The position numbers and the translations under genes were made by a program. A stretch of DNA of 64,000 nucleotides, from positions 460 through 64,459 of the forward strand of contig DATHQM010000054.1 of the NCBI GenBank assembly GCA_035482695.1. The letters run 5' to 3'. Of the stretch, positions 1 through 9,039 are shown piece by piece. Under the pieces are notes generated by a model. The model was given only the letters and a program-made list of their open reading frames with translations, was not told the DNA's origin and did no database searches. Position 1 is the stretch's first letter, and each line of letters opens with the position of its first letter. The stretch comes from Steroidobacteraceae bacterium (GTDB lineage: Bacteria; Pseudomonadota; Gammaproteobacteria; Steroidobacterales; Steroidobacteraceae).

Positions 1-1
1 C

Positions 2-763
2 AGCGGTGCATGCGGTTTTTGCAGCCACTGTCGCCGCGATAACGCCTTCGCCTGCGAAAATATCCAGGGCGCCACTGGAGTGACCCGCGACGGCGGCTAC
101 GCCACGCATATGCTGGCCCATGCCAGCGCACTCGCGCACGTACCGGCCGAGCTCGACCCGGTCGCGTCCGCCCCCTTGCTGTGCGCCGGAATCACGACCT
201 TCAACGCGCTGCGCCACTGTGGCGCGGGCCCCGGAGAACTGGTGGCGATCCACGGAGTCGGCGGCCTCGGTCATCTCGGCGTTCAGTTCGCCGCGCGCCT
301 GGGGTTTCGCGTCGTCGCCGTGAACCGTGGACGAGACAAGGAGGAGCTGGCGCGCAAGCTCGGTGCACACGAATACATCGACAGCACCGCCGGCGACCCG
401 GCGGCTGCGTTGCGCGCTTTGGGCGGCGCCCGGGCGATACTGGCGACAGTGACCGATGCTGCGGCGATGCAGGCCATCGTGGGCGGTCTTGGCGTAAACG
501 GTACCTTGATGGTCATCGGTGCGGTCGGCGCGCTGACGGTCAACTCGCTGGAACTGCTGGCGAAACGGGCCGCGGTAAAGGGTTGGTACTCGGGAACCGG
601 GGTAGACTCGGAAGACACGCTGCTCTTCAGCCAGCGCCATCAGATCACGTCGATGAACGAGGTCTTTCCCCTGGAACAGGCGCAGGCAGCGTACGAGCGC
701 ATGATGAGCGGCAAGGCCCGGTTTCGCGTGGTTCTCGAGGTGGGCCAGTCAACACCCGGGTGA
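2..763 (+). CDS. Zn-dependent alcohol dehydrogenase family protein, 5' end cut by window edge
   Basis: Frame is open from the window edge. The first codons read SGACGFCSHCRRDNAFAC (structural-Zn Cys cluster), followed by the Rossmann motif HGVGGLGHLGVQFAARLG. High GC3. Confidence 0.85.
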   Translation, partial: SGACGFCSHCRRDNAFACENIQGATGVTRDGGYATHMLAHASALAHVPAELDPVASAPLLCAGITTFNALRHCGAGPGELVAIHGVGGLGHLGVQFAARLGFRVVAVNRGRDKEELARKLGAHEYIDSTAGDPAAALRALGGARAILATVTDAAAMQAIVGGLGVNGTLMVIGAVGALTVNSLELLAKRAAVKGWYSGTGVDSEDTLLFSQRHQITSMNEVFPLEQAQAAYERMMSGKARFRVVLEVGQSTPG

Positions 764-797
764 TGCCCGGCCCTGCCCTCGCAAAACGGGATGAGGA

Positions 798-1382
798 GTG
801 AGCTCATTGGCGAGGATCCGCGAGAGTGGCATGCCACCGCTCGAGCAGTGGGAGCGCTTCTTCGATCCTGAGGGCATTCTGGAGACGCTCGGCTGCCGCG
901 ACTTGTCGGGCGATGTGCTCGAGCTTGGCTGCGGTTACGGCACGTTCACCATCCCGGCCGCGCGCCGCGCGTGCGGCAGGGTGTATGCACTCGACATCGA
1001 CCCGCTCATGGTTGCGGCTACTGCGGAACGAGCCAGGCGGGCCGGCGTCCACAACGTCGTTGCGGAGCAGCGCGACTTCGTTTTTGGCGGTAGCGCTCGC
1101 GCCGCGTGCTCAACAGCGTATGTCATGCTGTTCAATATCCTGCACCTGGAAGATCCACTCAGCCTTTTGCGGGAGGCGCACCGCGTGCTGCGCCCCGGCG
1201 CAATCCTGGGAGTCCTGCACTGGAAGCCTGACGCCACCACGCCGCGCGGGCCGCCGCTCGAGATCCGGCCGTCGCCGGAGCAATGCCGGCAATGGGGAAA
1301 GGCAGCGGGGTTCCGCTGGATACGAACTCCGGAGCTGCCCGGATCCCCGTGGCACTGGGGCATGATGCTTGAGCGTGCGTAA
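798..1382 (+). CDS. class I SAM-dependent methyltransferase
   Basis: Motif I VLELGCGYGTF and a later acidic loop YALDID. Start is ambiguous (GTG 798, TTG 807 or ATG 831). Confidence 0.8.
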   Translation: MSSLARIRESGMPPLEQWERFFDPEGILETLGCRDLSGDVLELGCGYGTFTIPAARRACGRVYALDIDPLMVAATAERARRAGVHNVVAEQRDFVFGGSARAACSTAYVMLFNILHLEDPLSLLREAHRVLRPGAILGVLHWKPDATTPRGPPLEIRPSPEQCRQWGKAAGFRWIRTPELPGSPWHWGMMLERA

Positions 1383-1430
1383 CTCGATGTGTCGCACCGA
1401 CCCCATGCCGCTGGTCGGACGTTGGCGCCG

Positions 1431-1499
1431 CGCGCAGCGCCACTCCCGCGCAGGCGCCACTCCTTATATAGGCCCTGATCCCTATAGGGCCCTGATCCC
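1431..1499. repeat. two consecutive tandem duplications (16/17-nt units) in a convergent intergenic spacer
   Basis: CGCGCAGCGCCACTCC then CGCGCAGGCGCCACTCC (1431-1463), followed by TATAGGCCCTGATCCC then TATAGGGCCCTGATCCC (1467-1499). The second copy of each pair carries one extra G. Lies between the stop codons at 1382 (+) and 1531 (-). Confidence 0.8.
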
Positions 1500-1530
1500 T
1501 GGCGATACTCGTCAATCGGCGCGCGCGATC

Positions 1531-2079
1531 TCAGCGTCCGCCGGAATCACCGCGACGCCCCGCTTCGAACAGGAACCAGGTGCGCCGCTCCGTCTCGTCG
1601 ATCCACACCTCGATGAGACTCGCGGTCGCGATGTCGCGGTACTCCTCGCACACGTTGTGCGCCTCGCGCAGGCGCCCCGCGAGTGCCTTGTTGTCCTCAC
1701 GCAGCTCGGCGAGCATGTCGGACGGCTCCACGTACTCCGCGTCGTTGTCGGACACTCTCTTCATGGCGGCGATCTGACCGATCGAGCGCAGCGTTCCCCC
1801 GCCTACCTTGCGGACGCGCTCGGCGATGGCGTCGGTCATCGCGAAGATCTGGTCGGCATGTTCGTCGAACAAGAGATGGTAGTCGCGGAAGTGCGGGCCG
1901 CTCAGGTGCCAGTGGAAGTTCTTGGTCTTGACGTACAGCGCAAAGACGTCCGCGAGAATGGCATTCATCGCGCCGGAAATTTCCTTGGTCGCGGTCGCCG
2001 ACAGGTCCGTGGGCGTAATCAGCGGCCGGCGGGACGCGTCGTGTGTGTCGTGGCTCTTGGTCGAATCCGGGCGGCTCAT
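1531..2079 (-). CDS. dps: Dps family DNA-protection/ferritin-like protein
   Basis: LADVFALYVKTKNFHWHLSGPHFRDYHLLFDEHADQIF is the classical Dps ferroxidase region. ATG at 2079 is preceded by AAAGGA; the track's extension to 2124 is unlikely. Confidence 0.92.
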   Translation of the reverse strand: MSRPDSTKSHDTHDASRRPLITPTDLSATATKEISGAMNAILADVFALYVKTKNFHWHLSGPHFRDYHLLFDEHADQIFAMTDAIAERVRKVGGGTLRSIGQIAAMKRVSDNDAEYVEPSDMLAELREDNKALAGRLREAHNVCEEYRDIATASLIEVWIDETERRTWFLFEAGRRGDSGGR

Positions 2080-2239
2080 GGCAAATTGTCCTTTTGGTGG
2101 GGCGGTGCCTTGGCCCCTGATCATACCGCCGCACGAAACGGTGATGTCACCCCCTTAAGGCTGCAAACCGCACGCCTCGCGTCAGGGCCGCGGGACGGCA
2201 AGCACCGACCCCCCGCTCCTGCTGCGGCTCGGCCACGCC

Positions 2240-2440
2240 TCAGTTGTCGAACGAGCGCGCGCGCCGCCGGGCGCGCCACCAGTGAACGATGCGCCGTTCG
2301 GCCGGAGGCGTGTGCCCATGCCCTGCGCGCTCGTCGCCCGACTCCGGATAGCCGGCGTCCTTCGAGCGCCAGGTGGCTGCCACGACATAGAGCGTAAACA
2401 GAGCGCCAACAACGAAAAGGCCGATTCCGGGCTCGCTCAC
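2240..2440 (-). CDS. small hypothetical membrane protein (66 aa)
   Basis: GTG start preceded by GGAGAG. One hydrophobic helix (GIGLFVVGALFTLYVVAATW) and a GC3-rich frame. Same strand as, and directly downstream of, the caspase-like gene. Confidence 0.45.
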   Translation of the reverse strand: MSEPGIGLFVVGALFTLYVVAATWRSKDAGYPESGDERAGHGHTPPAERRIVHWWRARRRARSFDN

Positions 2441-2542
2441 CGTCGCTCTCCGCGAACACGCAACGAGCGCACAGCATAGGGCGGTGCCCGGGAGCGCCCT
2501 GTTAAGAAATCGGCTTGCCGGAGTTCCGCGAGCTCGGCCCGG

Positions 2543-4393
2543 CTACTGGAGCCGCGCCATCCACACGTCGGCGTCCGGCCAGACCGGCAATGTGCGTGCG
2601 CAACGGAAGCCGCTGTCCGCATCGGCGCGATCGGGCAGCTCGTAGCGGCGCGTGGCGGCTCGCTTGTTGGCGGGGTTGGGCTCGAGCCACGAGCCGCCCT
2701 TGAGGACCCGGGTACTGCCGACTCCACGGGTGTCGACCCATTGCCAGACGTTCCCGGAGAGCCCGCGGTAGCGGTCACCGATGCCGCCGACGGGTCCGTC
2801 GGTCACGTGCGGCGCAATGTTCATCGAACGCGTCGTGGGACCGAAGTCATCACCCCACGGGAAAATGTTGTCCTGCGGTCCGCGCGCGGCGTACTCCCAC
2901 TCATCTTCACTCGGCAGGCGCGAGCTCTTCGAGCGACAGTAGGCCTCGGCATCCTGGAAGCTGACGCCGACGACGGCTGAATCATCGTCGAGCGGCCGCT
3001 GTTTCAGCGCGTTGCGCCAGCTGCCGCCGGCCACGCGCTGCTCGTGACGGTCGCTGCCGGGCGCCATGGCGTAGGCGAAACCCACCTTCTCGGCGTGCGT
3101 GAGGTACTGCGCGCCGTCGGCAAACTGCCGGAAAGCGCGCACGCTCACCGGCGTGGCGTCGAGCTCGAACGGCGCGAGCGTCACCTGGCGCAGTCTCTCA
3201 TCGGCATAGTCCCGCGGCTGACAGTCGGCCGCGTACTGCTTGCACAGCGCGAGTGCCGCGCCAATCTGCTCCGGCGTGCTGCCGAGTGCGACGCGCCGCG
3301 GGCCGCTCGCGATCAGGCGACGGATCGTATCGGGCGGATAGTCGTGTGCGCTGTCCAGCTGCGCCGTGTCGATGCCGAGCGAGCGCAGCAGCGCCACGGC
3401 GTGGGCGCCGGCAACCACAGCAGCCTGCGGGGCGGGCGCGACCGTGGGCGCTCGGACCGCCGCGGACGTGTGCGAGCTGAACAGGTCGGATACCCAGGCG
3501 AACCAACCGGAGTTGCCGCTGCCCTCAGTGCCGGCAGTACCGCTACCGGCAGAGCCGCTGCCGGCAGCGCCCGTGCCCGTTGCGCCGGCATCCGATCGCG
3601 ACGGCGCCGGCACAGGCGTCGGCACGGAGGTGGCGCGCGCCGCCGCCGCCGGACCGTTGAAGTAGTAATCCTCTCCGGTGAGGGACGAGGCTTCCCACGG
3701 CACCTGCTTGCCCGCGGTCGCGCCCATGACGTCCGCGCGGACGTGCTTGAACACCTGCTCGAGCGGCTGGTGTACTTCCAGCATGGCGCGCGTCAGGGCA
3801 GTGGTGTAGGGACTGTTGCGGCCGCTACCGTCTTCGGCAACTGCACCCGGAGCGGTGGAATACGCAATCAGGATTCCCGCCGGCGCATCCATGCTGGCCA
3901 GCCCGCGGTCGGCAGAGCGCATGCTGCGGTTGAAGGGATTGTTGCGGCAGGCATCGAGGATGACGATGTTGAGACGGTTGCGGGCATAGCGCATCTGCTC
4001 GATCACCCAGTCGGCGCTGACGGCCTCTATCTCCACGTCCCCTTCGCGCTCGATGTTGGCTTTGGTCGGGATCAGGTAGTTGCGGCCGTTGAGCTGCACG
4101 CCGTGACCGGCGTAGTAGAAGAGCCCGACCGCCTGCGGGCCGCCCTTGTCGAGACGCTCGCCGAACTCCTGGATGGCGCGCTTCATGGTGTTCTGGTCGG
4201 CGTCGCGGCGCTCGATCACCTCGAAGCCCAGCTGGCTCAAGGCCTGGGCGACCAGCCGGGCATCGTTGGCGGGATTGAGCAGCGGGCCGCTGGCATAGGC
4301 GCTGTTGCCGACGACCAGGGCAATGCGCGTCTCGGCCGCCTGCACACCGGCGGGCAGCAGCAGCGCCACCGCAAGCAGGGCGAGCCGGCACAT
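2543..4393 (-). CDS. secreted caspase-like (peptidase C14) protein fused to a C-terminal FGE/SUMF1-type domain
   Basis: Signal peptide MCRLALLAVALLLPAGVQA. Caspase His/Cys dyad motifs YYAGHGVQ and IVILDACRNNPF. Low-complexity A/G/S/T/P linker. FGE-type motifs RLPSEDEWEYAARG, GNVWQWVDT, LKGGSW and SGFRCAR. ATG 4393 with AGGAAG upstream. Confidence 0.85.
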   Translation of the reverse strand: MCRLALLAVALLLPAGVQAAETRIALVVGNSAYASGPLLNPANDARLVAQALSQLGFEVIERRDADQNTMKRAIQEFGERLDKGGPQAVGLFYYAGHGVQLNGRNYLIPTKANIEREGDVEIEAVSADWVIEQMRYARNRLNIVILDACRNNPFNRSMRSADRGLASMDAPAGILIAYSTAPGAVAEDGSGRNSPYTTALTRAMLEVHQPLEQVFKHVRADVMGATAGKQVPWEASSLTGEDYYFNGPAAAARATSVPTPVPAPSRSDAGATGTGAAGSGSAGSGTAGTEGSGNSGWFAWVSDLFSSHTSAAVRAPTVAPAPQAAVVAGAHAVALLRSLGIDTAQLDSAHDYPPDTIRRLIASGPRRVALGSTPEQIGAALALCKQYAADCQPRDYADERLRQVTLAPFELDATPVSVRAFRQFADGAQYLTHAEKVGFAYAMAPGSDRHEQRVAGGSWRNALKQRPLDDDSAVVGVSFQDAEAYCRSKSSRLPSEDEWEYAARGPQDNIFPWGDDFGPTTRSMNIAPHVTDGPVGGIGDRYRGLSGNVWQWVDTRGVGSTRVLKGGSWLEPNPANKRAATRRYELPDRADADSGFRCARTLPVWPDADVWMARLQ

Positions 4394-4537
4394 CGAGATA
4401 GGCTTCCTGTCGTTGTTCTTGTGCGCGTGGGCCTGCACGCTTCAATGTCCCCCGCTGAAAACCTTGAGCGGCGGCTGCGCCGCCCATGATGCTATTATCC
4501 GCGCCCGTAGCCGATTGGGAAGTTTGCGGAGAAAAAC

Positions 4538-5236
4538 ATGGCATACCGCAGCTTTTTCTGCCGGGTTGCCCGCCCGCCCGCGATCCCGGCCGTGGCGCTG
4601 GCCGTGGTGCTCGGCGCCGCGCCGCTGCATGCCGGCATCATGCGCGACGTGCTGGAGGACCTGCACATCGTCAAGCCGCCCCCGCCGGCCGCGCCCGCCG
4701 CGGGCGAGCAGATGCCGCCTTTTCAGGGATTCGCCTGCTGCAACCTGCACTACGACGGCCGCTCGATCAGCGACACGAACTACGCCTCGCTGCCGATGAT
4801 ACCGGCCGGTACGCCCATCGAAGTGGTCGCTTATGACAAGCACAAGGCCAGTATCAAGGTCGATGGCAAGCCGCTGCAGCTCAGCCAGGACAAGAGCAGC
4901 GACGTGGTGGCCCTCGGAACCTGGGTAAACCAGGTCGTGGTGAAGGACGATCCGCGCCCGCGCATCCGCAGCTATTCGCCGGCCGTGCAGGAGGCGATCC
5001 GCGAGGGCAAGGTGACGCTCGGCATGACGCGCGAGCAGGCCATCGTGGCCGTCGGCTACCCGCTGCCGAATGAGACCATCACGCTCGACGCGCCCGCATG
5101 GCGCATTTACCACGCGCGCCGCGAGCCGTTCGATCTCAATTTCCGGGCCGACGGGGGTCTGGGGTCAGTGACCGGCGACGACAGCGTCACGAGTGCCATG
5201 GTCTACCAGCCGCAGAAGAGCGCCTCGGGTCGCTAG
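4538..5236 (+). CDS. hypothetical exported protein with a BamE (SmpA/OmlA)-like C-terminal segment
   Basis: GGAGA RBS before ATG 4538. N-terminal hydrophobic signal (AIPAVALAVVLGAAPLHAG). GMTREQAIVAVGYP resembles the SmpA/OmlA motif. Divergent from the caspase-like gene. Confidence 0.6.
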   Translation: MAYRSFFCRVARPPAIPAVALAVVLGAAPLHAGIMRDVLEDLHIVKPPPPAAPAAGEQMPPFQGFACCNLHYDGRSISDTNYASLPMIPAGTPIEVVAYDKHKASIKVDGKPLQLSQDKSSDVVALGTWVNQVVVKDDPRPRIRSYSPAVQEAIREGKVTLGMTREQAIVAVGYPLPNETITLDAPAWRIYHARREPFDLNFRADGGLGSVTGDDSVTSAMVYQPQKSASGR

Positions 5237-5300
5237 GTTCGATCGAGCGGTCGGAACGCGGTGGGTCGCTACCGGCCCATGGCCGGACGCCCGCGTCGTC

Positions 5301-5513
5301 TCAGCGCCGTTGTCGGCTGACTCCCGCCGAATGATGCGTATGGTCGTAGCGCACGACGTGCACTGCGGGAGTGGAATGCAGCGCAGCGCGGCGCGCTGCG
5401 AGAATCTGTTGCGGAATGAGCAGAGCGGCGACCAGGGCTGCCGCGACGATGACGCCGAGCGTGGCGGCGCGCAGCGATAAGGCACGACGCGGTGCCGGGA
5501 ACGCGCGCCTCAT
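5301..5513 (-). CDS. small hypothetical single-pass membrane protein (70 aa)
   Basis: ATG overlaps the TGA of the upstream small ORF (ATGA coupling). TM helix LGVIVAAALVAALLI. The track ORF 5301..5846 shares only this 3' part. Confidence 0.4.
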   Translation of the reverse strand: MRRAFPAPRRALSLRAATLGVIVAAALVAALLIPQQILAARRAALHSTPAVHVVRYDHTHHSAGVSRQRR

Positions 5514-5689
5514 GAGCGCCCCGATGGAGGTCTCTTGTCGCCGGCGGGCGCCAGCACCAGGGGTGCATTGCGCCACTGCGAGAAGCACAGCGTGTACAGG
5601 TCGCCTTCGACGCTGCTGACCACGGTGCGCAGCCAGCGCAGCGGGGTGGTTCCCGAGTAGAGGAGCGAAGGGTTCGTGTGCCGGGTCAT
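5510..5689 (-). CDS. small hypothetical protein (59 aa, below the ORF-track cutoff)
   Basis: ATG 5689 preceded by GGGAGA. Very strong GC3 bias in this frame (MTRHTNPSLLYSGTTPLRWLRTVVSSVEGDLYTLCFSQWRNAPLVLAPAGDKRPPSGRS). Stop overlaps the next start. Confidence 0.4.
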   Translation of the reverse strand: MTRHTNPSLLYSGTTPLRWLRTVVSSVEGDLYTLCFSQWRNAPLVLAPAGDKRPPSGRS

Positions 5690-6145
5690 GCGTGTCTCCC
5701 GCGGTACGCTCTTTACGCCGCACCGCTGGAGACGAACAGTCGCATCCCGGGACGGGGCCTACCACTCGTAGGCACCGCGATGATCTAGGTACTTGCCGCT
5801 TTCCCGCAGTGCGTCGCTTCACAAAACGCAGCATCCGCGGCAGCAAGGGTCGTTGCGTGTGCCGCTCGCCCGCAGCGCACGGCGCATGCCGCTCAGGTCC
5901 GCGCCCCTAAGCGTTAATCCCTAGCCCGCTGCGGTGCCTACGACTGTCATGAGCCATTGCCGCATGACACGCTGCACTGGCGCGTCAAGACCGTAAGGGT
6001 CGCAAGAAGCCGCAATGATGGGCCACGGAGCGCGCAATCGGGGAACTCGCTGCGGGCAGCGATGCGAAGTCGGTGCCCGCAGCAACTTTGTAGACCCCGC
6101 GGGGCCCGATCCGGCGAGCAACGGCCAGCCGCCAGTTTGTTACCG

Positions 6146-6694
6146 TCAACCGCGAGCCGCCAGCGGTGCCGGCAACTCCAGGCACAGCTGCGCGATGTTG
6201 CACTCGCTGCGCCCCGGCCTGAAACCGAGCGATGCCCCCAGCCGCAGCATGGGCAGATTGTCGCTCAGCACGCTCATCCACAGCCGGCGCATGCCGCGCC
6301 GGCCGCAGTAACCGATCAGCTTCTGCATCAGCAGGCGTCCGAGTCCCTGCCCCTTCAGATCCGAGCGCACCAGCACGGCAACCTCGGCACCCTCCCCGTC
6401 GGCATCGGCGCAGGCGCGCACCACCCCAAGGGTCTCCTCGGCGCCGGCGCCATCGAGCGCGGTGGCGACGAAGGCCATCTCGCGTTGGTAGTCGATATGT
6501 GTGAAGCGCACGAGCTGCGCTTCCGGAAGCTCGCGCCGGAACGAGAAGAATCTGCGGTACAGATCCTGGGGGCTGATACAGGCTGCGAAGCGCCGATGAC
6601 GCGCCAGGTCATCGTCGCGAATGGGGCGGACCACGATGCGGCGACCGCGGTGGTTCAGCCGCGCGTGCAGCGCATCGGGTAATCGCTCGTCCAT
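6146..6694 (-). CDS. GNAT family N-acetyltransferase
   Basis: Acetyl-CoA binding motif LKGQGLGRLLMQKLIGYCGRRG and the typical downstream VLSDNLPMLRLGASLGF. ATG 6694 is preferred over TTG 6703. Confidence 0.8.
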   Translation of the reverse strand: MDERLPDALHARLNHRGRRIVVRPIRDDDLARHRRFAACISPQDLYRRFFSFRRELPEAQLVRFTHIDYQREMAFVATALDGAGAEETLGVVRACADADGEGAEVAVLVRSDLKGQGLGRLLMQKLIGYCGRRGMRRLWMSVLSDNLPMLRLGASLGFRPGRSECNIAQLCLELPAPLAARG

Positions 6695-6831
6695 GGCCCG
6701 CAATCCTGCACCGCTTGGCCGCGCACCGACCCCGACCTGTTGCGCGTCCGCTGCAGCTACCTAGCGGCGTAGGTGTTTGTCACCAGCGCCGCCAGCACAC
6801 CGCCGGGCGTTCAGCGCACCACGCCGGCGGC

Positions 6832-8628
6832 TCAGCCAACCGTCGCGGAGCCGCCGTACGGCTGCACGCTCACGGCGACCGAGTCCGCGATGTGCTCCTT
6901 GGTAATGACCCCCACAACGTCCGACGCACGTGGCACGCCGCGCCCGCGCACCACCACGATCATCGAGGCGTGCTTGCGCCAGAAGCGCTGGATGACGTCG
7001 AACATGATGTCTTCCTGGTGTGCGATGGTGAACGACTCGCTGGCCACGCTTCCCAGCCTGACGCCTGTGTAGGCGCCTTCCAGGCCGTGCCGCAGGCTGG
7101 TATTCACGCGCAACGTGCCGGCGATGCGCTCGCCGTCCGTGACCACGATGTGGCGCAGAGCACTGTCCAGCTCCGGCATGCGCAGAAACTCATCGAACCC
7201 CATGGTTCGCGGCAGTAGCACGAACTCCTTCTCCATCACCTCGCCGGCGCTGCGGATCAGGAACATGTTGGCGTGCATGGCCTTGGGAATGAAATGCTTC
7301 CTGCCGGCCAGCTTGATCGTGTAGATGTTCTCATCGCTCAGCATGCGGCGGACGCCGATGCTGACCGCGACCGCCACGATCATCGGCATCACGATGTCGT
7401 AGTCGCGCGTCATCTCGAAGATCATGACGATAGCCGTCATCGCGGCTCCCGTGCCTCCGCCAACCATCGCCGCCATGCCCACCATCGCGAACGCAGGTAT
7501 GGTGAAGTCCGGCAGTTGCAGGAACGCATGCGCGCAGGCGCCGAAGGCGCCGCCCGCCCCCGCACCCATGAATAGCGACGGGGAGAAGATGCCACCCGAG
7601 GAGCCCGACCCGAGGCTGATCGAAGTGGCCGCCAGCTTGCTCACGAACAGCAGCGCCATGAAGGGCGCGGCGACCATGCCGCCTAGCAGGATGTCCTGGA
7701 TGGTCGAGTAGCCGACACCGTCGATGTGATAGTGACCGGAGCCGAGCAGGAACGCATACATCATCGTGCCGACGATGGCCATGCCGAGCGCGTGTCGCAG
7801 GTAGGGATTAGCGATGCGCTCGAAGAGCTTCTCGCTGGCATACAAGCCGCGAATGAACGCCGTAGCGGCCAGGCCGCACAACGCGCCGAGCACGGCACAC
7901 AGCAACACCGCCGGCAGCGAAACGGGCGCCCCGTTCAGCACGAGTTTCTCCGGCACATCGAACGCAGGCCGCACGCCGAGAAACAAGCGACCGATGAAGG
8001 TGGCGGTTCCGGTAGCCAGCGCCACGGGCAGGAAGGTGCGCACGCTGACCTCGGGCATCATCAGCTCGATCGCGAACATCACGCCGCCGAGCGGCGTATT
8101 GAACGTTGCGGCGATGCCCGCTCCCGCGCCGGCGGCGACCAGCGTGATGCGTTGCCAGGTGTCCATTCTGATCAGCTGTCCGGCCGTCGAACCGAGCGTC
8201 GCGCCGATCTGGATGATCGGACCTTCGCGCCCCACGGCCGCGCCGCTGCCGATCGAGAGCGCCGAAGCGAGCGACTTCACGGCCGCCACGACCGGACGGA
8301 TCCTTCCTTCGCGGTAGAAGATCGCGTCCATCACTTCCGGGACGCCGTGACCGCGCGCCTCCGGTGCAAACTTCGTGACCACGAACACCACCGCGAGTCC
8401 GCCGATGACCGGCACCAGAATGACGCCCGCTCCCCAGCGACTAGCCGACTCGTAAAAGTTCGCGTCGTAGACGAGCGAGAGACGGCCGTAGAAGAAGGCG
8501 TTGTGGATCACGCCGATCAACGCCCGGAAGACGATCGCGCCCGCGCCGGTGATGATGCCGACGCCGACGGCGAGTAGCGACAGTCCGAGAAGGCCTGGGG
8601 GCGGTCGCGCAGCGACGTCCGGTTGCAT
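6832..8628 (-). CDS. ClC family chloride channel/transporter with C-terminal CBS pair
   Basis: Selectivity-filter motifs GREGPIIQIG and GSSGGIFSPSLFMG, about 10 TM helices, and two CBS-like repeats at the C-terminus. ATG 8628 (MQPDVAARPP...) is preferred to the upstream extension. Confidence 0.9.
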   Translation of the reverse strand: MQPDVAARPPPGLLGLSLLAVGVGIITGAGAIVFRALIGVIHNAFFYGRLSLVYDANFYESASRWGAGVILVPVIGGLAVVFVVTKFAPEARGHGVPEVMDAIFYREGRIRPVVAAVKSLASALSIGSGAAVGREGPIIQIGATLGSTAGQLIRMDTWQRITLVAAGAGAGIAATFNTPLGGVMFAIELMMPEVSVRTFLPVALATGTATFIGRLFLGVRPAFDVPEKLVLNGAPVSLPAVLLCAVLGALCGLAATAFIRGLYASEKLFERIANPYLRHALGMAIVGTMMYAFLLGSGHYHIDGVGYSTIQDILLGGMVAAPFMALLFVSKLAATSISLGSGSSGGIFSPSLFMGAGAGGAFGACAHAFLQLPDFTIPAFAMVGMAAMVGGGTGAAMTAIVMIFEMTRDYDIVMPMIVAVAVSIGVRRMLSDENIYTIKLAGRKHFIPKAMHANMFLIRSAGEVMEKEFVLLPRTMGFDEFLRMPELDSALRHIVVTDGERIAGTLRVNTSLRHGLEGAYTGVRLGSVASESFTIAHQEDIMFDVIQRFWRKHASMIVVVRGRGVPRASDVVGVITKEHIADSVAVSVQPYGGSATVG

Positions 8629-9039
8629 GGCGAAGTGAAACAGAGTGCGGCGATCGGGAGCGAGAATACAGGTTCGGGTCGGGCCGCTGCCAGTGCCGCA
8701 GCGCGATGGCCTTATAATCCGCACCGGGCATCAGGTTCGCGCGCGCCGCGCCAGCGCGCCGCCTGCATCTGCCCGGCCTCACAGCCTGCCGCAAGCCGAA
8801 CTCGCGGATTTTGCCAGGCAGGCGCACGAGTAGATCTGCCCGTACTCTCACGCGACACGCGGCAACGTGCCCCTGGAGCTGGTGATCGAGGGTGCGTAGC
8901 GCGCGTTTGCGCCGCGGCGATCGGAATCCGATTCGACTTAACACATCAGAAGCGGCGCTGCATCACGGTTAGTACGTACTTCGACCAATGCGCATGCGGC
9001 GACTCACGATAGGCTGCTCGCGCGGCTGACGTGATACTG

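Noticed and set aside
3044-4489. 481-aa + strand ORF opposite the caspase-like gene
   Set aside because: Arg/Ala/Gly/His-rich, no recognisable motifs, antisense to a gene with clear domain signatures. Typical GC-rich shadow ORF.
8629-9039. possible fluoride (crcB-motif) riboswitch or other leader RNA upstream of the ClC gene
   Set aside because: Reading the minus strand, I found none of the conserved crcB-motif blocks. This ClC also has a CBS pair and does not look like the short ClC-F type.
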